The notes beneath the pieces are model-generated. The model had not been told where the DNA came from. It saw nothing but the letters and a program-made list of their open reading frames with translations, and did not search any database. This document shows positions 8,462-16,883 of a DNA stretch of 41,801 nt, piece by piece. The position numbers and the translations under genes are program-made. The stretch is from Candidatus Cloacimonadota bacterium (GTDB lineage Bacteria; Cloacimonadota; Cloacimonadia; Cloacimonadales; WRIO01). Each line of letters starts with the position of its first letter. Within the stretch, counting starts at the first letter, position 1. The stretch spans positions 1 through 41,801 of the forward strand of contig JAKQQL010000493.1 of the NCBI GenBank assembly GCA_029564175.1, read 5' to 3'.

Positions 8462-9984
8462 AACCTAATAAGATCCTTTATATCATTTCTGTTTTTATCC
8501 AGTGGTAATATCATTGCTCGAACATTTTTTCGGAATACTTTTAAAACATTCTGATCCTGCTTCATTAACAGATAATAAATCAGATTGATATAGCAAATAA
8601 CATGAGCTAAATCCACTTTACTGTTACCATGTATTAAATTCAATGAATTTCTTAACTCGTTTAATCGTAATAGCATATTAACTTCAGTAAAGTCTTTAAA
8701 ATAGATCCTTGAGTCAATGGCTTGTCTTCCAAAATTATCCTCAGGATTACTTTCTTTAATTATATCATTTATGATATTATGAAGATACAAAATTATCTCA
8801 TTATATGTCAAAGGACTAAGGATTTTCTGCTGAGAATTAACAAAAAAACAGGTGTTGTAAAGTTTTAACAGAATTGAGAATATTTTATCTTTTATCTGTT
8901 TTCTTTTAGTATTTATCTGCATTATTAAAGTGTATCCCTGCCAAAAATGATGTATGAATTTATTTTTTTCTATTGTATGACAAAATTGAATAAACTCCAA
9001 TACCTGATTTCTAACCTCCTGTTCATCAATTGCGTTACCAGGCTTATTGAAATACCCTTCTATTCCTAATTTTTTAATTTCCAGATAATTATGAGTCTTT
9101 TCTGATGCTGTAAACAATATGATTGGAATAAACACATCCTTTTTTCTGATACGCTGTATGACTCGATATCCAGACCGTTCCTTCACATCTAAAGCATTTG
9201 TTTCATTTTCTATGTTTAAATCACAAATTACAAGATCATAATGAATGTAGTCATCTTCAATAAGATCTAAATACGAATTAGCCTCTCTTTCAGATTTTAT
9301 GACATCTACCTTTTGAAATAGATGCTTAAAAATCTGAAGAAATCCGTGATCAGCATAATCATCAATGAATAATACCTTCAAAGCGATTTTATCAAATTGA
9401 TTCTGGGACTCTTTTCTAACAATATAATTATCATAATTTTGAATATCAATAAGATAAAAATATTGTTTTAATGTGTCACGAGAAGATTTTAATGAACTTT
9501 TCTTTATTAAAATTCTGGATATATTATTGTGCAATGAATAAGGAATAATCTCCATATTAAGCAAACTCTGCGAGATGATTAAAGGGGCAAATTCATTAGC
9601 AATATCATGTTTTAAAATCTTTTCTAAATAAAACATTCTGTGCAATTTTATCTTTGAAATATATCGACGACATAAGGTTTTTTGTTCATCGATTGAGATT
9701 GTTTTATCATTTTGTGTATCTGCCTCATCCAGAAGTTTATCTTTATCAACTGGCAATTGAATCCAATATACAAATGGAGAATATAAAATCTGAAGCTCAG
9801 GATAATACAGCTGATATTCTTTTTTTGAATCAAAAGAGATAAGATATATTGGTTCTATCTCTCTGTTATCAATCAGTTCATTTACTCGTAATGCCCATAC
9901 TTTATTCTCAGTGCTCTCATCGACCCACAGTGTGTGTTCTTCATCTGATTTTATTTTTAACTGATTTATAATATGTTTTATCAT
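8440..9984 (-). CDS. Multi-domain response regulator: degenerate N-terminal module, HDIAN motif, intact REC, C-terminal helical HEPN-like domain
   Basis: REC: KVLFIDD, DLVICDL, PIILFTAS, YFNKP; C-terminal LRNSLNLIHG (R-x6-H). Confidence 0.7.
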   Translation of the reverse strand: MIKHIINQLKIKSDEEHTLWVDESTENKVWALRVNELIDNREIEPIYLISFDSKKEYQLYYPELQILYSPFVYWIQLPVDKDKLLDEADTQNDKTISIDEQKTLCRRYISKIKLHRMFYLEKILKHDIANEFAPLIISQSLLNMEIIPYSLHNNISRILIKKSSLKSSRDTLKQYFYLIDIQNYDNYIVRKESQNQFDKIALKVLFIDDYADHGFLQIFKHLFQKVDVIKSEREANSYLDLIEDDYIHYDLVICDLNIENETNALDVKERSGYRVIQRIRKKDVFIPIILFTASEKTHNYLEIKKLGIEGYFNKPGNAIDEQEVRNQVLEFIQFCHTIEKNKFIHHFWQGYTLIMQINTKRKQIKDKIFSILLKLYNTCFFVNSQQKILSPLTYNEIILYLHNIINDIIKESNPEDNFGRQAIDSRIYFKDFTEVNMLLRLNELRNSLNLIHGNSKVDLAHVICYINLIYYLLMKQDQNVLKVFRKNVRAMILPLDKNRNDIKDLIRLWKIESF

Positions 9985-10008
9985 TAATAATCTCTTAATG
10001 TTTTATTA

Positions 10009-10623
10009 TTAGTTTTCTGTATTTGTTAGTTTTATAATGATTCGATTAAATGAATCTCTTAGCCTGATATATTTACTTTGATCAGGTATATTTAAAAAAT
10101 CTTCTATATCATCTTTTACCGGGTTAAATTCTTGATACAATTGATTCATCTTTTCAATGTCTTTACTTTTGAGATTCTTAAAATCATCATAATATTCATC
10201 TAAATGATAGAACAAAAAATCATCTCTAAGCTTTCTGAGATAAGAGATATATCCTCCTGTAATTACATTGATTTCATATCTATTGTTTTTTTGAAAATAA
10301 TGAATGAAATCATTCAAATTGGCTTTCAGAGTCTCCACATTTATTTTCAGACTGTTTGACAAATGCTTTCCTCTGTATTCAACAAATCTTGGTTTGACTA
10401 TACCTCCGGAGAATATTATATAGACCTTCTCAGGATTTTCTTTATAAAATATTTCTAGCTTCCCATTTATATTCAGGTTTTCGATATCAGTCTGGTGTGC
10501 TAATAATCCATCATAGTTTTTCAAGTCATCTACACAAAAAGTCTCCATGTTTAATCGTTCTATTGTATTATAGCATTCAAAATATTTGTTATATTCTTCT
10601 TTCAATAGAATCAAAGCAAGCAT
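10009..10623 (-). CDS. Degenerate receiver-like protein (His at the apparent phospho-acceptor strand)
   Basis: AAGGAG RBS; YDGLLAHQTD (beta3-like) and YIIFSGG (beta4-like). Confidence 0.5.
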   Translation of the reverse strand: MLALILLKEEYNKYFECYNTIERLNMETFCVDDLKNYDGLLAHQTDIENLNINGKLEIFYKENPEKVYIIFSGGIVKPRFVEYRGKHLSNSLKINVETLKANLNDFIHYFQKNNRYEINVITGGYISYLRKLRDDFLFYHLDEYYDDFKNLKSKDIEKMNQLYQEFNPVKDDIEDFLNIPDQSKYIRLRDSFNRIIIKLTNTEN

Positions 10624-10633
10624 TTTTATCTCC

Positions 10634-11917
10634 TTAGCAAAGATATAATATTATTTCAATTTTTGTTTGATTTTCAAAATAATCACAACTATCAAGTTTA
10701 GATGATTTTACATTATATTTTTTCCCATTATTGTAAATAAAGATGTCTCCATATTTATTAAATTTCTGGTATAGTTTTATTGTTTTACCATTAATGAAAT
10801 TTTCCCACTTAATTTCAGAATCGCAGTATTCAAAACAAATATTAAGGCTCTTATATCTTATATCTGTATCTGAGCTATTAAATATTTTTACAATATCCTG
10901 ATTGATTTTCTCAATCTGTGAATATTTTTTTATATTACTGATTGTAGAATTTATAATATTATGAATAAGATCAAGTTCAATATAATTATTTGCAGTATCT
11001 AAATATAACTTGTCGTAATCATTATCAGATAAAAAAGAGAAAATATCCTTTTCCAATAATTTTACCAGTCGGAATTGATTTTTAAAATCTTCATTGTCTA
11101 TTTGTTTAGCAAAAAAACGGTTAAAAGTATTGCAGGAAGCCTGGCTTAAAAAACCAAAAAAGGGCATATTTTTAATGGCAATGACATCTTTATCTGTTAT
11201 TACTTTACCGTGTGTTATTTCATGTAAAAGACCTGACTTAAAAAAAGAACTGAGTCGAGCAGAATATCTGCCAGTTACTGAGTTTACAAATTCAAGAAAT
11301 AAAGAATCATTACTCTTTTTATAAAATAGATCCTTCCCAAACTTCATGTTCTCTCTAACACCGAACATTTTATCTTTATTGAGGAGCTTCAATCTTTGGT
11401 CAAACTTCACACAATCTTCATCATTACCGGAAAAGAAACATATCATTTGCTTTAGTTCATTTTCATTTTTAAATTCTCTATATTTTTCACAGATTAAATC
11501 AAACAGAATAATTCCATTGGTATCATCAGTAAAAACCTTATCAATGAAATTGATAAAATCAGGGTTATTGATATCTTTTGTATCATTCTCCTCGTAACGA
11601 TTAAACACTTTTAGTTTTATCTTTTCAATTCTTGATAAATCTGATCCAGAAGGAAATTTCACATCAAGGACAATCAAATCGAATATAATATCATTCTCAA
11701 AAATCATTTTGTATGCATTAGACAAATCCGAAGCAATATGTATTGGATTTGATAAGTCATTTTCTAAATATCGTTTTATTTTAACAAAATGCGTGTTTTG
11801 ATCAGACAAGACATTAAGAGTTTCAGCTTCTTGCTCTGATAACAAGTTGCCAAAATATCTCAAAATGGCATCAACACTCAACAGGTCTGATGAATCTTCA
11901 ACCCACAAAGTTCTCAT
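10634..11917 (-). CDS. Receiver domain fused to degenerate histidine-kinase/HATPase-like region
   Basis: TLWVED, FDLIVLDVKFP, ICFFSG, FYKK receiver motifs; LLHEITH (H-box-like), STISNIKKYS (N-box-like), terminal TKIEIIL strand; ATGA overlap with upstream gene. Confidence 0.6.
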   Translation of the reverse strand: MRTLWVEDSSDLLSVDAILRYFGNLLSEQEAETLNVLSDQNTHFVKIKRYLENDLSNPIHIASDLSNAYKMIFENDIIFDLIVLDVKFPSGSDLSRIEKIKLKVFNRYEENDTKDINNPDFINFIDKVFTDDTNGIILFDLICEKYREFKNENELKQMICFFSGNDEDCVKFDQRLKLLNKDKMFGVRENMKFGKDLFYKKSNDSLFLEFVNSVTGRYSARLSSFFKSGLLHEITHGKVITDKDVIAIKNMPFFGFLSQASCNTFNRFFAKQIDNEDFKNQFRLVKLLEKDIFSFLSDNDYDKLYLDTANNYIELDLIHNIINSTISNIKKYSQIEKINQDIVKIFNSSDTDIRYKSLNICFEYCDSEIKWENFINGKTIKLYQKFNKYGDIFIYNNGKKYNVKSSKLDSCDYFENQTKIEIILYLC

Positions 11918-14900
11918 TTTATTATATCCTTTCTGTAAATTGTAAGTTTCACTTCAAACATTGAAATCGAATCAAATTCTGTCTTGATAGTCTGCTGACT
12001 AAACTGTCCAATTGTTTCGACATACAATTTTACCATATTAAGTCCTTGCAAAGTATTAGATCTTAACAAATATGAATTGTTAAATGTATTAGAAAATCTG
12101 ATATTGACATCTATATCGGAACTATCTGCTTCGATAATCAGAGCTCTGTTTGTTTCTGTATTAAGGATTCCATACTTAAGCATATTCTTCGATAATTCCA
12201 AAAATATGATAAAAAACAAAGAAAATGAATAGCTATCTTTATCTACATAAAAAGCTTTTAAGGCATCAAAATGAAATTTAAAGTTGCGTAACTGTTCAAT
12301 ATCCTGATAATGAGAAAATGTCTCTGACAAATCGAGTAGTTGTTTGTGATTCATTTCATTAACTTCAAATGATGCAAACATTTCTTCGACAATATCTATA
12401 TTTTCAGGGTATTTATTAATATCAAACAATGAGAACATAATATCTTCCCAGTATCCTTTTCCTGACAATAATTGATTGAAATTTAAAGAAAAACAAAACC
12501 ACAATATATCATACAGACTGATTCGATTGGATGATTCATTTTCAAATACTTCAATTTTTGATTTTGTAACAGCTAAATCAGAAAAAGCTAACTGTATAGA
12601 CTTCATAATAGAAGCAATGATTTCATTATACATTAAAAGTTTTTTGATATTACTTTCTGGATTCTTGACTGTATTTTGAAGAGTTACATTTTGAGCAACA
12701 AGTATATTATTTAATGTATGACTGACCGATTGGAATATTGCCCTTTTTAATGATTCTTTTTCTCTCTCTTTTGCATTAATATAATTATCATAATAGGTTA
12801 ACAGTAAATCAACCAGTATCTTCAAATTTTCGGTCTCAAACCCATATTTTATTATTTCCCGGTGTATATCGTGCAAAGTATGTAATGTTTTATCTTCTAT
12901 CTGCTCTTGTCTGTTATTAGGTTTTACTAAAACTTTATCTTTTTCAATAAAGCTTAAAATCCCGGCAATTACCTTTCTTTCTTTATATTTTGGATTAACC
13001 AGAGAGAGCTTATAACATTCATGAAATTCATTTTTTAAATAAACCATATCTAAATCTTCATGGTTTTTAATGTAGGTATTTAAGTTTAACAATTTTATTT
13101 TTAAGACTTGATCTTCTGTTAAATATTTATTGTCACATATATAATCAATAAATTTTTTATTTGTTCTGATTGATTCATCGTTTAAAAGTGACATTAATTT
13201 CTCTATAAAATCCTTGCTCAGGTCAGATTGCTTAAGATGCTCAATCACTTTATCAAAACGCTTTAACTGAATCAATATATTACTTTTTTTCTCTTTATAT
13301 ATATCCATATTATCGATTATGTTTAAAGCCTCTTCATAAAAACCTAAATGACTATAGATACCAAATACATTGTCATAATATGAAGTAAAACAACTATAAG
13401 TAAAAAAGTAATCGAATAATTCATCATCTATCGTAATATTCTTATGATTTCTAAACACTTTTATTAAATCAAGATAAGGCTGATATCTACTTTCTTTAAT
13501 CATATCTTTCAGATCTACTTCATTTTCATTATTTTTATCTGATAGTAATAACTTGATAATAAGTTCTTCTGCTTTATTATATTCTCCAATAATGATAAAT
13601 GCTTTTGCTTTAAAGAATACTAATGATTCATCTTCACATTTGTCAAGCAATTCATAAGCCTTTATAAATTCGTTGTTTTTTATTAAACGCTGAAAATATA
13701 ATTTTAAAAAGTCTGTATTCTTACAATCATCATTATATATCTGATCATATAAAGCAATTTCTTTTTGAGGATTATCAATCAGCTGAATAAATTTATAATA
13801 ATAGTTACAGAATGTTTCATATAAGCTTAACCACCAGTTATCATTATGTACATACAAATAATCAACTTCTCTTATGCTTTCAAGTTTCTGAGTGATTATT
13901 AGTTCAAATAAAATTATTTTCTGAGCGTATTTATCTTCCTGGTTAAAAATTGCTTGAAAATGTGCTTTAGCCATGCTGATATTATCCATTTTTACATAAA
14001 GCAAGATTAGTGCTAATAAGAGATATTCTTCATCAATTGATAAATTTAAAAGATCATCTAATGCATCCTGATATTTACTTTTGAAATAAGAATTAACCGA
14101 TCTTTTATATAATGACATTTCTTTATCAGTTGAGTCTTCAATTAATTCAGAGTATAACAAAGTTTCTTCGTATGAAGATAAAAAATCATCGCTAAACACA
14201 TCTATTTCATTAGGATAAATAATAAGATTTTCTAAACTTATATACGAGTTAATATCCAATGCTTTCATTTTCATTTTTAAAGCGTTTTTATAATCTCCTA
14301 AGAAAGCCAAACAATTTGCTTTACGAATATAATATGGGGCAATTGGTTTTAATCTAATCGCTTCATTAATACAATTTAATGCCTGACTTACATTTCCTGA
14401 TTGATTGTTACATTGATAAGCAAAACTATAATACTCATCATTATCCGAATCTAACTGAATAGCTCTCTCAATAGAAATGACAGCTTCTTCTGGCTTATTA
14501 GAGTAAAATTCTAATTCTGCTCTTTTAAAATATAGTTTATCTGAATTCGGGCTTAAGTCACATGCTTTGTTTATACACTTTAGCGAATCATCAAATTTTA
14601 AAATATGATGTAAAGCAATTGCTTTAGCTCTGTAGAAGTTTGGATTTTCATTATCTATAGTAATCAGATTATCAATCGATAATAAAGCTTCGTTAGTTTT
14701 TTGCATTGTAATAAATATTACGCTTTTTAAAAAAAGATATTTTTGATGATTAGGGTTTTGAGCTATAGCCAGATCTATTGTATTTAATGCATCTTTATAT
14801 TGTTTTTTTTCAAGAAGAATACCTGCTAATATATATTGGCTATCTGAGTTATCAAATGAAAGAGCAAACGCTCTATTATTGTATTCTTCTGCTTCTTTTA

Positions 14901-15114
14901 TTTTTTTTAACAATAGAAAAGATTCTGAAACAAGATTCAGAAGCTCAATATCTTTAGTGCGATTAATCAATTCTAAATTTTCATCAATAATGTTTGACAG
15001 GTCTTTATCAAATGCTTTATTTGTAGGCTTTTTAAAAGAATAATCCAATAATGAGATTAAGCTTTTTTTAAATTCGTTGGATTTCTTATCTTTACTTAAA
15101 TTTAAGTTAGTCAT
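11914..15114 (-). CDS. Soluble TPR-repeat protein with C-terminal atypical histidine kinase domain
   Basis: AAGGAG RBS before ATG 15114; many TPR repeats (e.g. YKDALNTIDLAIAQNPN, EEAVISIERAIQLDSDN); H-box QSVSHTLNN, N-box ELSKNMLKYG, G2-like QGLNMV; no evident TM sensor. Confidence 0.75.
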   Translation of the reverse strand: MTNLNLSKDKKSNEFKKSLISLLDYSFKKPTNKAFDKDLSNIIDENLELINRTKDIELLNLVSESFLLLKKIKEAEEYNNRAFALSFDNSDSQYILAGILLEKKQYKDALNTIDLAIAQNPNHQKYLFLKSVIFITMQKTNEALLSIDNLITIDNENPNFYRAKAIALHHILKFDDSLKCINKACDLSPNSDKLYFKRAELEFYSNKPEEAVISIERAIQLDSDNDEYYSFAYQCNNQSGNVSQALNCINEAIRLKPIAPYYIRKANCLAFLGDYKNALKMKMKALDINSYISLENLIIYPNEIDVFSDDFLSSYEETLLYSELIEDSTDKEMSLYKRSVNSYFKSKYQDALDDLLNLSIDEEYLLLALILLYVKMDNISMAKAHFQAIFNQEDKYAQKIILFELIITQKLESIREVDYLYVHNDNWWLSLYETFCNYYYKFIQLIDNPQKEIALYDQIYNDDCKNTDFLKLYFQRLIKNNEFIKAYELLDKCEDESLVFFKAKAFIIIGEYNKAEELIIKLLLSDKNNENEVDLKDMIKESRYQPYLDLIKVFRNHKNITIDDELFDYFFTYSCFTSYYDNVFGIYSHLGFYEEALNIIDNMDIYKEKKSNILIQLKRFDKVIEHLKQSDLSKDFIEKLMSLLNDESIRTNKKFIDYICDNKYLTEDQVLKIKLLNLNTYIKNHEDLDMVYLKNEFHECYKLSLVNPKYKERKVIAGILSFIEKDKVLVKPNNRQEQIEDKTLHTLHDIHREIIKYGFETENLKILVDLLLTYYDNYINAKEREKESLKRAIFQSVSHTLNNILVAQNVTLQNTVKNPESNIKKLLMYNEIIASIMKSIQLAFSDLAVTKSKIEVFENESSNRISLYDILWFCFSLNFNQLLSGKGYWEDIMFSLFDINKYPENIDIVEEMFASFEVNEMNHKQLLDLSETFSHYQDIEQLRNFKFHFDALKAFYVDKDSYSFSLFFIIFLELSKNMLKYGILNTETNRALIIEADSSDIDVNIRFSNTFNNSYLLRSNTLQGLNMVKLYVETIGQFSQQTIKTEFDSISMFEVKLTIYRKDIIK

Positions 15115-15186
15115 TTTTATCTCCTTTTCTTTTTTACCGTTCCACATATTTTTGTCAACATATTTTTTTGCTAATATAGAGATAAA

Positions 15187-15203
15187 TGCATTGAGTGTGC
15201 CAA
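15187..15203 (-). promoter_or_regulatory. Sigma54 (-24/-12) promoter of the phosphorelay operon
   Basis: Minus strand TTGGCACACTCAATGCA with exact GG-N10-GC spacing, ~70 bp upstream of ATG 15114. Confidence 0.7.
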
Positions 15204-15420
15204 TATATTTAAAATTTCTTAAAATATTCTAATACAGAATATTAAGAATTCATTCAAAATATTTGCATATTCTAGGAAATAATGTTTTAATTATTATTAT
15301 AATTTTTTTGTTATTTTAAACAATCAAATTTCTTCAATTTTTAATACAATTACTTTTTTATTTTCTACTCTCTTTTAATAAAGATATTTCTTTTGAATAA
15401 ATTTTGTTCAGACATTATGC

Positions 15421-15533
15421 GTAGGTGTGGTGAAAAGCACTTACTATTCATATTTTAACCATTCCAAAGTGTTAATGTCAAATCTGCTTGTCTTCGTTTT
15501 TTAATTCTGCCGCACCTACAGCACTTGATTTTA
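15421..15533. repeat. REP-like inverted pair plus ~55-bp copy of 4665-4719
   Basis: GTAGGTGTGG ... CCGCACCTAC; 15477-15533 aligns with 4665-4719. Confidence 0.7.
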
Positions 15534-15816
15534 GAATACATAGCTTTCCATGCGCTGAAGCACATGGTTATTTATATGTCATTCCTATGGAATTTTGATT
15601 TTTGCACAGACTCTGAAACCCTAACCTATCCCTCTTATATCCTCCGGTTTTTATCCGTGTGAATCCGTCAAATTATATATGATGAACGGCAATCGGTTCG
15701 CTCATCACAACAGACCTATTCATTACATTTATCATTGCCTTTCCTCTAAGTTCTCTTTGTCTCTTTGTTTAAATATTCATAGTTCAGAAAAGTTCGTGAA
15801 TTCTTTGCTGAATACA

Positions 15817-16032
15817 TTTCTCATTTATTTCTGCGCACTTTTCAGAAAATCCCTCGTTTTTAAAACCAACAGAGTCTTTTTTCAGAAATATTAAAAAAAA
15901 TCAGTCAAAAAGACAAAAATGCCTTTTTTTGTCCGGGTAATATATATAGAGACTTGTCGCATTTTTAACTCAAATCCTGCTATGGCAGTTTTTAAGTCAA
16001 GTCTGCTTGTTTTCGCCTTTAATTCTGCCGCA
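15817..16032 (+). repeat. Dispersed non-coding repeat (direct copy at 4513-4700, inverted copy at 41206-41347)
   Basis: Shared core AAAAAGACAA..TGTCCGGGTAAT(A/G)TATATAGAG..CTTGT. Confidence 0.85.
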
Positions 16033-16127
16033 TCAACGGTCTGGATCAATTATCACTGGCTACCATTCGATCATTCTTATGGAATGCTATTTATTGCACA
16101 GATTCTGAAGTATATATTAGGATTTAT

Positions 16128-16310
16128 TCATATTAAGTAAGGGTAAAATACGGTTTGTAGGGACATACGAAGCGAAGCGCCGTATGTCCGAATGAGTTTT
16201 TGTATTGATAGAAGCGGATTTACGGCATTTCGCTTCGCTCCATTTCGCAAATCCCTACAAACAGTTTATACATTAGACGAAAGACCTTTTCTCTTAACCT
16301 AATGACATTG
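16128..16310. mobile_element. MITE-like element carrying a GTAG-type REP doublet; left end degenerate
   Basis: REP hairpins 16157-16190 and 16214-16258; right end CTTAACCTAATGACATTG; 16214-16310 aligns with 19543-19638. Confidence 0.55.
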
Positions 16311-16505
16311 GGTTTCACCCTGGGCTTAGATTCCTACAGATCTCTTTTTCCGTGGTTGATGATCTTGTCCGCTCCGCTGGAGCGGTGATATGAGGGTAAT
16401 CAGATACGAGGATTGAAATCCTAGCCTACTCATATTATACTCCTTCAGAGTTTATCTGGATTCATCCTTCCAATTCGTAGTTAATTATTTTTTTGTAGGA
16501 ACAAA

Positions 16506-16721
16506 TTACCTAATCTTTTCTCCTTTCCAGATAAGAACAATCACGATCAGAATCAAAGCCAAGAGATAGATAATATTGGAAAATAATGGAAATAAAATTC
16601 TAAGTGGCAGAGTAATAAGCAGTAAAACACTCAGGAATATTTTTAGAGACAGCTCAACTCTCGATGAAAACCATAATTTTATGATGATGAATAAAGCCAA
16701 TATACCTGCTATAAACTGCAT
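16506..16721 (-). CDS. Small hydrophobic membrane protein (~71 aa)
   Basis: AAAGGAGG RBS before ATG 16721; almost entirely hydrophobic. Confidence 0.7.
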   Translation of the reverse strand: MQFIAGILALFIIIKLWFSSRVELSLKIFLSVLLLITLPLRILFPLFSNIIYLLALILIVIVLIWKGEKIR

Positions 16722-16816
16722 ATAACCTCCTTTAAAAGAAATCAATTATATTATTCATTGATCAATACAAAAAAAATATCAAATTGTCAATAATTAATTT
16801 TTCTTTAAAATCCCTG

Positions 16817-16844
16817 TTGACAAACTCATGCAGTTTTATATTCT
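16817..16844 (+). promoter_or_regulatory. Sigma70-type promoter of the glycan uptake cluster
   Basis: TTGACA-N16-TATTCT. Confidence 0.5.
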
Positions 16845-16883
16845 TTCTTTTAGGTTGTGTGGAAATATGTTTGAGGAGAATTT

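Noticed and set aside
10621..10635. Identical 15-mer AAGGAGATAAAAATG at starts 10623 and 15114
   Set aside because: Explained by RBS plus A-rich spacer plus ATG
15131..15158. Minus-strand TTGACA-16-TAAAAA as a sigma70 promoter for the island operon
   Set aside because: Poor -10 and the implied start would fall within the RBS
15679..16140. ORFs 15679-15894 and 15919-16140
   Set aside because: Translations of the dispersed repeat; frame not conserved in other copies
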